The notes beneath the pieces were generated by a model. The model had not been told where the DNA came from. It was given only the letters and a program-made list of their open reading frames with translations, and made no database searches. From IMG/VR virus record IMGVR_UViG_3300044960_000113, positions 32,001 to 96,000 of that record: a DNA stretch of 64,000 nucleotides. One strand, given 5' to 3'. How positions within the stretch are numbered: the stretch's first letter is position 1; each line of letters starts with the position of its first letter. A program made the translations under genes and the position numbers. Positions 28,575 through 38,892 of the stretch are shown one piece after another. This DNA comes from a virus.

Positions 28575-29261
28575 TTATAATAAATGTTGTTCAATATAAT
28601 TTCTATCTTGTGTAAAAATTGGAATTTCATTATCTATATTAATTTTAGAGCAACAAGTTCCTCGTTTTTTCCATGTATCTAAATCATTCCAATTTATATT
28701 AAATATATTTACTAACATATCCATTATATCTTTCGTATTTTTTCCTTGTAATTGATTATGAGAAAAATAATACCGTCCTAACATATTAATACTATTCCGT
28801 GTTGCATCTTGTTGACGCCATATAAAATAATTACACACTTCTTCTTTAGGTAAATTAAATACTCTAGAATCAAATAGTGCTTTTTTATTAGATTTTTTCC
28901 ATATATTGTTAAATATCATTGTTGCTATAGATGCTGAAACTGATGCCATTTTTTGAATATTATAATCAAACCATGCATCAGTTGTTACAGTATCCCAATC
29001 TCTTAATAAAATAGAAATTTCGTCGCTTTGAGTATATGCAAAAACTGCTCCTTGTATTTCTTTTGTTAATTCAAATGTAACTTGTGTCATAGTAATATGT
29101 AAATCATCATCAAAAGGTCTATCTAGATCTTTAGTAAAATTATGAAATGCTTTACCATCTAATCTAATAATTACGGGAGTACGTCGTGATAAATGATAAC
29201 GATTAACATCTTCATATCGTTTCATTCTAGTACCCAATGAATCTTTATCAAATTTACTCAT
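28575..29261 (-). CDS. thg1: tRNA(His) guanylyltransferase, Thg1 family
   Basis: RLDGKAFH, YTQSDEISI, FDSRVF, YFIWRQQDATRNSI. Confidence 0.92.
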   Translation of the reverse strand: MSKFDKDSLGTRMKRYEDVNRYHLSRRTPVIIRLDGKAFHNFTKDLDRPFDDDLHITMTQVTFELTKEIQGAVFAYTQSDEISILLRDWDTVTTDAWFDYNIQKMASVSASIATMIFNNIWKKSNKKALFDSRVFNLPKEEVCNYFIWRQQDATRNSINMLGRYYFSHNQLQGKNTKDIMDMLVNIFNINWNDLDTWKKRGTCCSKINIDNEIPIFTQDRNYIEQHLL

Positions 29262-30570
29262 TTTTAAATTCTTCTAATTCATTTATATACATATCTTTTG
29301 CTGTTGTTGATTTAAGCTTTTTAATAAGAAGTTCTATATCAGCAATTTCTTTTTTAAGCGATTCTATTTCATCTTTAGTTAGAGAATAAATCGGAATTCT
29401 AATTAATTTATCAATATCTATAAATTTTTCCTGTTCTAAAATATCAATCATTTCTTTTTTGTTTTTATTTGAAAATTCTTTTGAATTTTTTAAATAATAA
29501 AGAATAAATCTTAATTTATTGTTTAACCATTCTAGTTCATCTGAATTTTTCTTAATAAGTGCTTGACGACGTTCTTCATATCGTTCAAGTCTCCATTTAA
29601 CAAAATCTTCAATAATTTCTTCTGGTGAAGAATATTCTCTTATTTTTCCATTAGTGTCCCAAAGTGTGAAATTTTCTGTTTCACGTGAAATAAGTTTAAG
29701 TTTTTGTTTAATAATATCTTCACTTAAAGCTGTTGTAGATCTAGGAACATTGAGGATGAATTCAAATCCATTTTCTGTTGATAGATCCTCAAAACTTTTA
29801 ATAAATCCATTATCTTCTAATTTATATAGATTATTTTTAAAATCATTTAAAAATGTACCAATTGGTAACTCTGTTACTTTAATTGTTGTACCATTGACTA
29901 TTTCTATTTGTCCTTCAATAATAGTTTGATTTCCATTTCTATAAATTTTTCCTTTAAATCCACGATACCAAGGAATCAATGGCTTAATTTTTTTACCTGA
30001 TAAAATTGAAATAACAGCATTCTTAATATCAATTGGGTTATAACCTAAAATTTTACATGCATAACCAGTTCCAACACCTTGAGCACCATTAATTAAAATT
30101 GTTGGAAGAATAGGAATATAATATTTAGGTTCAATTCTAACACCATCTTCTTCTTGATATTTAAGAATAATGTCATCTTCTTTTCTAAATAATTTTCTAA
30201 AATTTTCAGAAAATTTTGTAAAAACATAACGAGGTGATGCTGATTCTGGACTTAATCTTGACCCAAATTGTCCAGATGGTTCAAATAAATTCATGTTATT
30301 TGAACCTGGATAATTTTGAGCCATACCAATGACTGTCGTTTCAAGAGATGCAGTTCCATGATGATATACTGAAACAGCTGCAATATGTGCTGCAATTCGT
30401 TCTACTTGGATTTCAGGTGCATTTTCACCTCTATCTAAAAATCCATAAATTGATTTTCTTTGAGAAGGTTTTAAACCATCACAAACCGATGGTATAGAAC
30501 GAACACAATCATATAGTGAAAATTGTTTAAATTCATTATTAATGAAATCTTTAACTCTTAATATTTCCAT
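29254..30570 (-). CDS. gp52: DNA topoisomerase II, GyrA/ParC-like subunit (T4 gp52-like)
   Basis: DGLKPSQRK, YHHG, ASPRY catalytic Tyr, PWYRGFKG. Confidence 0.93.
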   Translation of the reverse strand: MEILRVKDFINNEFKQFSLYDCVRSIPSVCDGLKPSQRKSIYGFLDRGENAPEIQVERIAAHIAAVSVYHHGTASLETTVIGMAQNYPGSNNMNLFEPSGQFGSRLSPESASPRYVFTKFSENFRKLFRKEDDIILKYQEEDGVRIEPKYYIPILPTILINGAQGVGTGYACKILGYNPIDIKNAVISILSGKKIKPLIPWYRGFKGKIYRNGNQTIIEGQIEIVNGTTIKVTELPIGTFLNDFKNNLYKLEDNGFIKSFEDLSTENGFEFILNVPRSTTALSEDIIKQKLKLISRETENFTLWDTNGKIREYSSPEEIIEDFVKWRLERYEERRQALIKKNSDELEWLNNKLRFILYYLKNSKEFSNKNKKEMIDILEQEKFIDIDKLIRIPIYSLTKDEIESLKKEIADIELLIKKLKSTTAKDMYINELEEFKNE

Positions 30571-30610
30571 AATTAAACCTTTATTTTTTTAAGAGAATTA
30601 TATTACAAAA

Positions 30611-32521
30611 TTAAGCTATATTTAGCCATTTTTTCCTATCATCTGCTCTTTGTTTATTAAATGCTAAATCTATAGCATCTGAATCAGATTCATCATCTAT
30701 TGACATTTGAACAATATGTTTATCCATATGTTCTAAATATTCGCTAAATTCTTTTGATGTAGATGTACCTAATCCTTTATAATATTTCATTTTATGTTTA
30801 ACGTTTGAATTATTAGATAACCAATGGTGATATTCTTCTTCATTATAAAACCATTTTTCCTCTTTCTTCTTACCTTCTATCCATATTTTAATAAGCGGCG
30901 TTTTAAAAAATCCTATAACACCCATTTTAAATAATTCTGGCCAAAATGTATAAAATAAGTTTTGAAGAAGTCCTTTAATATGTGAACCATCTAAATCAGC
31001 ATCTGTTGTTGCTAAAATTTTACCAAATCGTAATTGTGCAATTGATGTAACTGGTTCACCAATTTTTAGTCCAGTAATAGTTAATATCTTCTTTATTTCT
31101 TCATTTTCTAAAATTTTTTTTATGTCTTCTTTTGACGTTAAATCACTAACATTAAGTGGTTTACCTTTAAGTGGAAATGACGCAATATATGGATTTTTAC
31201 CACGACCAGACTGAATTGCTGCTGCAGCAGAATCACCTTCACATAATAAAAGAACGCATTTATGTCTATCCCGTTTTTCTAAAGCATCAGAAAATTTTTC
31301 AATTCTTCGAGGATCTGTTTTATCAACTTCTTTATTTAATTTTCTTAACTCAGCCATTTGCTGTGCATGAGCTTTAGCATTAATCCAATCCAATACAGAT
31401 TGAATGATGTGAGATTGAGATAACTTTTTGATTAATTTTTCTGAAACTTCACATTTATCACGAAGATCCTTTGGTAATTCACTAATCAATTTTTCTTTTG
31501 TTTGTGAATCATATTTAGGATTAATGATCGTTGCGTCAACAAAAAGAATAATATGTTGTCTAATTTCTGATGGTTTAACATCTATTTTAAATTTTTTCTT
31601 AAAAAGTGTTCTAAGTTTTTCTGCTATGTCTAATGCAATAAAATCAACATGTGAACCACCAACAGTTGTTTCAGATCCATTAACGAATGATACATGTTGG
31701 AATCCATCATCAGAATGTGCTATACCTATTTTCCATCCAGACGAAAGTTCCTCATATTCATATTCATCTGAATACATTTCAATATAATCTTTAAATGAAT
31801 GTATATGTATACGTTCACCATTAAGATATACTTTAAGGTTTGGATTACATGCTGCAACATCTACAACACGTTTAAGAATTTTGGAATAATTTCCATCATC
31901 TAATGTACATCCTAAACGTTCATAGTCTGGAAGAAATGTTATTTTTGTGTGTGGTTTATCACCATCTCTTACTTTAGGATCTTTTTTTATGTGATTATTT
32001 TCAGAAAAATCTTGACGGAAAAAATGCTTACCATCACATGTTTCAACCCTAAATTCTTTAGAAAAGATATTGACTAATGATGCACCAACACCATTAGTAC
32101 CAACCCATGTGCGATCATCACTATCATCAAAATTAGAACCAGCTTTAAGCTCAGAAAACACCAAAGTTGGAACATACATATTATGTTCCTTATGTATTTC
32201 TACAGGAATTCCGCCATTATCATATACTGAAATTTTACCAGATGATTTATCAATTTCTACTTTGATAACATCAAGTTTTGAACCTTTTCTTTTGCTTTCA
32301 TCAACAGAATTAGAAATAATTTCATCAAATAATTTTTGAAGACCTGGATTCCATGTTACTTCCTTTTTTTCCATCTTCTTTGTTTTTTCGTTATAAATCC
32401 ACGTTTCTGCTGTGTGTGGCTGAGTTGAACCAATATACATTCCTGGGCGAAGTAATACGTGTTCAATATCAGTTAGTTTTTTGAATTTTTCTTCGATTGT
32501 TTTTTCTGTTTTTTTGTTCAT
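30611..32521 (-). CDS. gp39: DNA topoisomerase II, GyrB/ParE-like subunit (gp39+60-like, unsplit)
   Basis: EHVLLRPGMYIG, EIISNSVDE, GTNGVGA, EGDSA, PLKGK, TDADLDG, YYKGLGT. Confidence 0.95.
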   Translation of the reverse strand: MNKKTEKTIEEKFKKLTDIEHVLLRPGMYIGSTQPHTAETWIYNEKTKKMEKKEVTWNPGLQKLFDEIISNSVDESKRKGSKLDVIKVEIDKSSGKISVYDNGGIPVEIHKEHNMYVPTLVFSELKAGSNFDDSDDRTWVGTNGVGASLVNIFSKEFRVETCDGKHFFRQDFSENNHIKKDPKVRDGDKPHTKITFLPDYERLGCTLDDGNYSKILKRVVDVAACNPNLKVYLNGERIHIHSFKDYIEMYSDEYEYEELSSGWKIGIAHSDDGFQHVSFVNGSETTVGGSHVDFIALDIAEKLRTLFKKKFKIDVKPSEIRQHIILFVDATIINPKYDSQTKEKLISELPKDLRDKCEVSEKLIKKLSQSHIIQSVLDWINAKAHAQQMAELRKLNKEVDKTDPRRIEKFSDALEKRDRHKCVLLLCEGDSAAAAIQSGRGKNPYIASFPLKGKPLNVSDLTSKEDIKKILENEEIKKILTITGLKIGEPVTSIAQLRFGKILATTDADLDGSHIKGLLQNLFYTFWPELFKMGVIGFFKTPLIKIWIEGKKKEEKWFYNEEEYHHWLSNNSNVKHKMKYYKGLGTSTSKEFSEYLEHMDKHIVQMSIDDESDSDAIDLAFNKQRADDRKKWLNIA

Positions 32522-32612
32522 AAATTTCCTCTATATAATATGTGATGAATATTATATACTAATTTTATAGTAAATTAAATTGATAAATCCTAAATTGATT
32601 TATTAAAAGAAT

Positions 32613-33338
32613 TTAATTCATAAACATACCACCATTAACATGGATAGTAGTTCCTGTTATATATCCCGAATTTTCACTTGCTAAAAATAAAGCAGCATTT
32701 GCGACATCTTCGGGTTGGCCTATTCGTTGAATTGGAAGTTTTTTTATGTCTTCTTCATTATTTGGTAAATTTTTAGTCATGTCTGTTTCTATTAATCCTG
32801 GAGCTATACAATTAACTGTGATATTATACCGCCCTAATTCGCTTGCCAATCCATGTGTTAAACCAATTAATCCAGCCTTTGATGCCATATAATTAGAATG
32901 ACCAACTTGACTTCTAAAAGCAGATACAGATGATATATTAATTATTCTTCCATATTTTTGTTTCATCATTTCTATAGCAACAAACTTTGTTAACTTAAAA
33001 ATGCTTTTTAAATTAGTATTAATGACAGCATCCCAATCATCATCAGACATTCTAAATAATATTTTATCTCTAGTTATTCCTGCATTATTAATTAATACAG
33101 AAATTGGTGATTTTATACTATTTATGACTTCTTTATATGTATCATATTTTGTAACATCTAATGTAATACCATATCCACCATAATCTTTTAAAAATTTAGA
33201 TATATTGTTTGCTCCTTCTTCTGTTGTTGATGTCCCATAAACCGTATAATTATTTTTAGCAAAGAGAATAGCGATTGCCTTACCAATACCACGTGAAGCT
33301 CCTGTTATTAATACTGTCTTTTTTGAAATACTATCCAT
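32613..33338 (-). CDS. fabG: 3-oxoacyl-ACP reductase (SDR family)
   Basis: TGASRGIG, NNAGITRD, ISSV, YMASK, NCIAPGLIETDM, GTTIHVNGGMFM; colinear with proteobacterial FabG. Confidence 0.88.
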   Translation of the reverse strand: MDSISKKTVLITGASRGIGKAIAILFAKNNYTVYGTSTTEEGANNISKFLKDYGGYGITLDVTKYDTYKEVINSIKSPISVLINNAGITRDKILFRMSDDDWDAVINTNLKSIFKLTKFVAIEMMKQKYGRIINISSVSAFRSQVGHSNYMASKAGLIGLTHGLASELGRYNITVNCIAPGLIETDMTKNLPNNEEDIKKLPIQRIGQPEDVANAALFLASENSGYITGTTIHVNGGMFMN

Positions 33339-33419
33339 TTGATTTAAAATTCATTATTTTATCTTTTATATTTTAAATAAATAAACATACATTATTCATA
33401 TTTTTTTTCTATTTATATT

Positions 33420-35099
33420 ATGGCAAATGTTATTCTTTTAGGCGACTGCGCAGGTTTAGATTTTGTAGATAAACAATTTGAATTTAGATATTTTATAAAA
33501 AATTCTGCTTTACTTAGATTGAGTCATTTTTTAAGACGTTATGGTCATACAGTATTCCAAGTTCACCATTTTACATCATTTACATCTGACGAACTTATTA
33601 AATTATTAACACCACATTTAACAGATAATACTAAAATATTAGGGCTATCATCATCTTTTATTTCTGCTGTAAAAATACTAAATAAAAACACAATTGGACA
33701 ATATTTAGGAACAAATATTATACCACTTTTTAAGAAAAGTGATTTAGATAGAATAATAAACTTGTTGTCTTTTGTAAAATTAAATTATCCACATATAAAA
33801 ATTGTTATTGGTGGACATAATATTTTTAAGCAAAGATTTAATAAAAATAAAGAAATTGAAAGATTATCATTAGATATTTTAAACAAGTATGTTGATTATT
33901 TTATACAAGGTGAAGGTGAAGCCGCATTATTAAAAATAATAAATAATGAACATATTAATGTTTTAAACATAAATGGTTTTAATATAATAAATGGTAATTC
34001 TTTTAAGAATAATGATTTTTCTGAAATAGCAAATGCACCAATTGAAAAAATAGACGGTATATCATTTGGTGAATCATTATCGACAGAATTGGGACATGGT
34101 TGTATTTTTGATTGTGAGTTTTGTTCAGGTCGAATAACAGGGAAAAACAAAGATGATTTTATGCGGTCATATGAAAGTTTATATACCGAATTAACATACA
34201 ATTATAAAACATTTGGAACAAAATTTTATCTATTTTTAGATGATATTATTAATGATAATTCAACAAAATTAGAATGGTTAATAAAAATACGAAAAGAAAC
34301 AAATATCGATATAACATGGACATGTTATACAAGATTAGATCTAATTAAATCACCAGAAGAAGCACAGATGTTTTTAGATGCTGGATGCTTAGGAGTATAT
34401 TTTGGCATTGAATCTATAAATGAAGAGACTGGACCTTCAATTGGTAAGATTACAAATAGAGAAAAAGTAATTTCACAGTTGAAAATGTGCAGACAAGTAT
34501 GGGGTGATAATATTTTAATTAAAGCATCATTTATTGCTGGTTTACCAAAAGAAACACAAACAGATTTTGTTAATAACTTAAATTATATTATTAATACAAC
34601 TGAAGGACAATATTTGATAGACAGAATTTCCATTACACCATTATTTATTCATACATATAAAAAAGGTAAATTTACGAAACAACGAAATTATCCTTTTGCT
34701 CAATATAAATTAGACGAATATATTGACGAAAATTATATAGGAATTCAAAATTGGGTTAGTCCATGGGGTACTCGTGAACAATTTTTTAATTTAATTGGTC
34801 AGGTTTCTTCTAAAATTCCCGAACAAGTTAATATGGCTCATCCATTTTATTTTCCTATGTATGAAACATTAGGATTAAATATTAGACAGATGATTAAATC
34901 TGTTAGGAATAGAACATTTACTCATGCTATAACATCAATGCAGTTATTACCATTAATACATAATAAGATTAAAGAATATAAACAGCATATGTTTACAATC
35001 ACAAATGACGATGTTGAAAAATATCATTTAAAATTTTGGGAAACATTTCCAATAATTAAAAAAGATGATAGAAAATATTTTGAATTAATACAAATATAA
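33420..35099 (+). CDS. Cobalamin-binding-type radical SAM protein
   Basis: CIFDCEFC (CxxxCxxC), N-terminal B12-binding-like region (IVIGG, GEGE), FGIES, FIAGLPKET. Confidence 0.8.
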   Translation: MANVILLGDCAGLDFVDKQFEFRYFIKNSALLRLSHFLRRYGHTVFQVHHFTSFTSDELIKLLTPHLTDNTKILGLSSSFISAVKILNKNTIGQYLGTNIIPLFKKSDLDRIINLLSFVKLNYPHIKIVIGGHNIFKQRFNKNKEIERLSLDILNKYVDYFIQGEGEAALLKIINNEHINVLNINGFNIINGNSFKNNDFSEIANAPIEKIDGISFGESLSTELGHGCIFDCEFCSGRITGKNKDDFMRSYESLYTELTYNYKTFGTKFYLFLDDIINDNSTKLEWLIKIRKETNIDITWTCYTRLDLIKSPEEAQMFLDAGCLGVYFGIESINEETGPSIGKITNREKVISQLKMCRQVWGDNILIKASFIAGLPKETQTDFVNNLNYIINTTEGQYLIDRISITPLFIHTYKKGKFTKQRNYPFAQYKLDEYIDENYIGIQNWVSPWGTREQFFNLIGQVSSKIPEQVNMAHPFYFPMYETLGLNIRQMIKSVRNRTFTHAITSMQLLPLIHNKIKEYKQHMFTITNDDVEKYHLKFWETFPIIKKDDRKYFELIQI

Positions 35100-35102
35100 A
35101 AA

Positions 35103-35348
35103 TTATAAATTTTCTCCATTAAATATTTCATCTTGGCATCGTTGACACCAACCAGATATTTCATATTCCTTTTTTGATAATTCATCTTTAAATGTTGTTA
35201 TTGGTTGTTTACAATCAATACAAATTTCATTTTCATGCGCTTCTTGTATAGTAATTCCTAAAAAATAATTATCAAACTTATCTATAATTTCTTGTAATTC
35301 ATTATTTCTCGACGTCATTTTTATTCTCCTAAAAACATTTGTTTCCAT
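35103..35348 (-). CDS. Hypothetical protein with CxxC...CxxC
   Basis: CIDC...CQRC. Confidence 0.6.
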   Translation of the reverse strand: METNVFRRIKMTSRNNELQEIIDKFDNYFLGITIQEAHENEICIDCKQPITTFKDELSKKEYEISGWCQRCQDEIFNGENL

Positions 35349-35974
35349 TTATTATATTTAAGATCCGAATATGCTCTAAGAAGATATGCTGGATGCCATA
35401 TATTTCTATATTTAATGTTCTTTTCTCTAGAAGAAAAATAATAAACTATTCTTGAATATTCATTATATGAACCAAGAAAAATAATTTTAACATTTGGAAA
35501 TATATCAATAAAAAATTCTAATTCTGTTATTATATCTCCAAATTTCATATCATGATTTTTATAAACATTTGTGAAATATGGATATATTTTAATGTCAAAT
35601 AAAAGTTTATGTAATAATTTTGATGATGGACCTATAAGCCATGACGTTTCATATTTAGAAAGATGTTGATAAAAATGACCTGGTTTAAAACCACAAACAA
35701 TATGTGATAAATCAGAAAATAAATTACCCCTTGGCGGGGTAAATTCGTTATAATAATTTAATTTTGAATAGACGTATCTATTGTATTCTTTTACTATTTC
35801 TCTTTCGTCTGTTGTAAATCCTGGATATTGGATATATTTTTCATTTGTTGTTTCAGAAACAACAAACGTATTCTTGCACCTTGCAATCCCGTGCCATTCT
35901 TCTTCTTTGATTTTTCCGAGATTATATTCTTTTTGGTAATAAATTTGTTCATTTTTTATTTCTTTTATTTGCAT
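35321..35974 (-). CDS. Uracil-DNA glycosylase-superfamily-like protein
   Basis: YFTNVYK, IIFLG, WHPAYLLR. Confidence 0.55.
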   Translation of the reverse strand: MQIKEIKNEQIYYQKEYNLGKIKEEEWHGIARCKNTFVVSETTNEKYIQYPGFTTDEREIVKEYNRYVYSKLNYYNEFTPPRGNLFSDLSHIVCGFKPGHFYQHLSKYETSWLIGPSSKLLHKLLFDIKIYPYFTNVYKNHDMKFGDIITELEFFIDIFPNVKIIFLGSYNEYSRIVYYFSSREKNIKYRNIWHPAYLLRAYSDLKYNKWKQMFLGE

Positions 35975-36171
35975 TTTTTATCGTCGATTTGCCAATCTTT
36001 AGAAAGTTGAGTTACATTACCAGTAAAAACAGCTTCTTCTGTAAAATCTGAAATTTCAGCTAATGCCTCTTCAAGAGTATTACCAATAGCATAAACTTTT
36101 TCTTGTTGTGGTTTAGAATTCTTTTTTGCGCTTTTAATAAATGCATCAAATTCAAATAACATTTTAGTCAT
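35965..36171 (-). CDS. Hypothetical protein
   Basis: ORF track; GAGGA RBS. Confidence 0.6.
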   Translation of the reverse strand: MTKMLFEFDAFIKSAKKNSKPQQEKVYAIGNTLEEALAEISDFTEEAVFTGNVTQLSKDWQIDDKKCK

Positions 36172-36185
36172 AATGGTTTCCTCTA

Positions 36186-36779
36186 TTATTTCTCCATGTT
36201 ATCAATAATCTGTTTAATTACTGCTATAGTGTTAATAATACTTAAATTATTTTTGTTTTTCTTAAGTGCTTTATTTAACCTATCTTTTGTAATCAAATGT
36301 GGAGTTTTCTTGATAATTTCAGCAATTAAAGCATCAGCTTGACTTCCTTTTTCATTATTACATTTTACACACATAATCTGAGAATTATCAAAATGATCTG
36401 AACCACCTAATGCTCTTGGTATCTTGTGGTCCCACGTAAGAAGAACCTCTTTACCATTAGCCAATGTTGCATATGGTGCTAAGTAAAAAGCACCAGTAAT
36501 ATCATATCTTGCACGCTCAATATGAAAGTGAGAAAGTTCTGCTGAACAACATACACATTTATGCTTTCCATTTAAAATCAGTGTAAGTCGTTTTGACGAT
36601 GTCGTGATTTTTGAACCATAAACAGTATATGATTTTGAAATAATTTTTAATCCATCTTCTTTATTAATATATTCTTTTATTCTAAAATAGGATGATGTGT
36701 AACATCCGTCCCTATCCCACCATTTAGTATTATTGTACTGTTTAACGGTAGGAAAATTATTAAGATTGAGTTGATGCAT
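36186..36779 (-). CDS. HNH endonuclease
   Basis: CVCC...DHKIPRALGGSDHFDNSQIMCVKCNNEKG. Confidence 0.85.
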   Translation of the reverse strand: MHQLNLNNFPTVKQYNNTKWWDRDGCYTSSYFRIKEYINKEDGLKIISKSYTVYGSKITTSSKRLTLILNGKHKCVCCSAELSHFHIERARYDITGAFYLAPYATLANGKEVLLTWDHKIPRALGGSDHFDNSQIMCVKCNNEKGSQADALIAEIIKKTPHLITKDRLNKALKKNKNNLSIINTIAVIKQIIDNMEK

Positions 36780-37020
36780 TTTATAATTATTAATTGTTAA
36801 AGACTTTAACAGTTCAACTATTAATGTTGGGAATTTTCTTAACTATCATATGAATATTATATCAAATCTTTAGAAAAAAATACACACATTTTAATAGACA
36901 TTTAGATCAATATGTTTATACACTATGATCTGATCGGGCTATCCTGGTGCATCTGGTATGCATTTTAACCTAAGTGATTGATTTATATAAAATCTAAGTT
37001 GTTGATTTTAAATGAAAATT

Positions 37021-37043
37021 GGGTGATACTCTGAGTATCACCC
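37021..37043 (-). terminator. Intrinsic terminator-like hairpin
   Basis: GGGTGATACT-3nt-AGTATCACCC followed by a U-rich tract on the minus strand, just after 37069..37503. Confidence 0.7.
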
Positions 37044-37068
37044 CAATCAAAGTTTTACATCAACATTT

Positions 37069-37503
37069 TTACTGCATTTTGATGATTGTAACAGGGCCAG
37101 GTTTGCGATAAGCTTTCAGCTTTTTCACACCAATTAGAGGTTCATTTTTTAATTTGGCTAGTTCAGCCTTAAGAGCTTCACGTTTTGCCTTTTTTTCTGC
37201 CCTGATAGCAGCACGTTCGGCTTTTTCTTTTGCTAGAGCCTCTTTCTTTTCGGCTCGAGCTTTTGCTTTTGCTTCTTTTGCGGCTGCCCGTTCAGCTTTT
37301 TTAGCAGCACGTTCAGCAGCTTTTGCTTCTTTCTTTTCGGCTCTAGCTTTCGCTTTTGCCTCTTTTGCAATTTTTCGTTCTTCGGCTTTTTCGGCTTTAA
37401 CTGCTTCGCGGAGAGCTTTGATTTCGGCTCGTGCACGTTTCACAGTCTCAATAGCGGTTTTCATTTCAGCTTTCACTTTTTCCATTTTTTCAGTAGCTTT
37501 CAT
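37069..37503 (-). CDS. Lys/Ala/Glu/Arg-rich histone-H1-like or single-alpha-helix protein
   Basis: Low-complexity K/A/E/R sequence, internal repeat AKEAKAKARAEKKEA; own promoter, GGAG RBS and terminator. Confidence 0.75.
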   Translation of the reverse strand: MKATEKMEKVKAEMKTAIETVKRARAEIKALREAVKAEKAEERKIAKEAKAKARAEKKEAKAAERAAKKAERAAAKEAKAKARAEKKEALAKEKAERAAIRAEKKAKREALKAELAKLKNEPLIGVKKLKAYRKPGPVTIIKMQ

Positions 37504-37557
37504 CTGTAATCTCCATGTTGTTAAAAAAATTAATCTGATTTATTCAGATTATGAGAA

Positions 37558-37586
37558 ATTATAACATATTTCTATTAAAAAGTATA
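37558..37586 (-). promoter_or_regulatory. Early sigma70-type promoter
   Basis: TATACT-N17-TATAAT with extended TG. Confidence 0.6.
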
Positions 37587-37617
37587 CATTTTTAAAAAAT
37601 TATATGATTTTAATAAC

Positions 37618-37768
37618 GTATTGATTTATATAAGATATTTTATATGTTATTGATTTTATTACAAAAACCTGGGTGAACCAGAAGTTAATCATGTATAATC
37701 TATATTATAGAAACTGATCGGTTCACCCAGATGCATCCAGATAACATATTTCTATAAGTTATTGATTT
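37618..37768. repeat. About 150-bp intergenic direct repeat, copy 1, with an 11-bp stem-loop and IHF-like sites
   Basis: Near-identical to 38893-39042; stem CTGGGTGAACC (37669-37679) / GGTTCACCCAG (37720-37730). Confidence 0.95.
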
Positions 37769-37827
37769 CTTTATATTTTATTAAAATGTAAGTTATTGAT
37801 TTTATTATAAATTTTAAAAATCAATAA

Positions 37828-38793
37828 TTACATAGTAATGATATAAAGAGCAAGTTTTTCCCAATCTTTTATTGCTGCCCTAATCTTTACAACTGAGATC
37901 AACGTACGAAGATTTAGTTCTTTACATTCAGATGCATGCTTTTCTAGAAAATTTAATGCATCTTTTTTAATATTAAACGAAAATTCTTGCATAAATTCTT
38001 CACTACAAATAATTTTTTCCATTCTCTTAATCTTTTGTTTATCTGTCATATGAAGATCTACACAAATACTTCTTGATCTAATTGCCTGATCAATCTTCAT
38101 AAGAGGCTGATTACTGATAAAAATTACACTACCAGTAAACCTAAAGGAACGAGGTAACCCATCATCTTTAATAGGTTCAGCATTCCAATTGATCCATCTT
38201 TCATCATATGAATCAAGAGCGCTTTTTAAAATCATTAGAGCTGTTGTATCTTTCAATACGTTATCACAGTCATCGAAGATAACCAACTTATTACGGTTTT
38301 CAAAAAGTGTACGATACAATCCTTTTGCAGTTGAAAAACCTTTGACAACCGTATAGTCACCCTTTTTCATCCAAACTTCTTCGTCTGTTTCATCATCAGT
38401 TGTATTAGTTAAAAAGTCACGAGTATCTTTAAGACCCGAATTCTTAAGTGTTTGTATAACAGTAAACGTTTTGCCTAATCCTCCTTCACCAGTAATAATC
38501 ATGCTAGGAATGTTTTTATTAGCAATCATTGTTACAAGATTTTCAACGAAAGAAAATCTTTCATTGATATCAAAATGCTCAAAATGAGCTTCTTTAATGT
38601 TTTTATATTGAAGATCTACATTTGAAAATTCGATTGTATTTACGCCTAATTTCTTAGCTTTATTAGAACGACCACTTAGAATTGCTTCTTCAACATACTG
38701 TTTAGAAGCAGATGAAACAAGTTTTACACCTTGAAAAGTTGCAATCCATTTATTAGTTGAAGTATCAAATTCTACTTTTGCTGTCCTAGTCAT
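37828..38793 (-). CDS. AAA-family ATPase
   Basis: GEGGLGKT Walker A, VIFDDCD Walker B, FISN, AIRSR. Confidence 0.85.
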   Translation of the reverse strand: MTRTAKVEFDTSTNKWIATFQGVKLVSSASKQYVEEAILSGRSNKAKKLGVNTIEFSNVDLQYKNIKEAHFEHFDINERFSFVENLVTMIANKNIPSMIITGEGGLGKTFTVIQTLKNSGLKDTRDFLTNTTDDETDEEVWMKKGDYTVVKGFSTAKGLYRTLFENRNKLVIFDDCDNVLKDTTALMILKSALDSYDERWINWNAEPIKDDGLPRSFRFTGSVIFISNQPLMKIDQAIRSRSICVDLHMTDKQKIKRMEKIICSEEFMQEFSFNIKKDALNFLEKHASECKELNLRTLISVVKIRAAIKDWEKLALYIITM

Positions 38794-38831
38794 CTGAATT
38801 TCACCTTTGTTAATAAAAAATTATGTGTGTA

Positions 38832-38860
38832 ATTTTATAATAGTTTTTTAGAAATGTAAA
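38832..38860 (-). promoter_or_regulatory. Early sigma70-type promoter
   Basis: TTTACA-N17-TAAAAT. Confidence 0.65.
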
Positions 38861-38892
38861 TATATTGGTAAAATAAAATAGTTTCTAATAAT

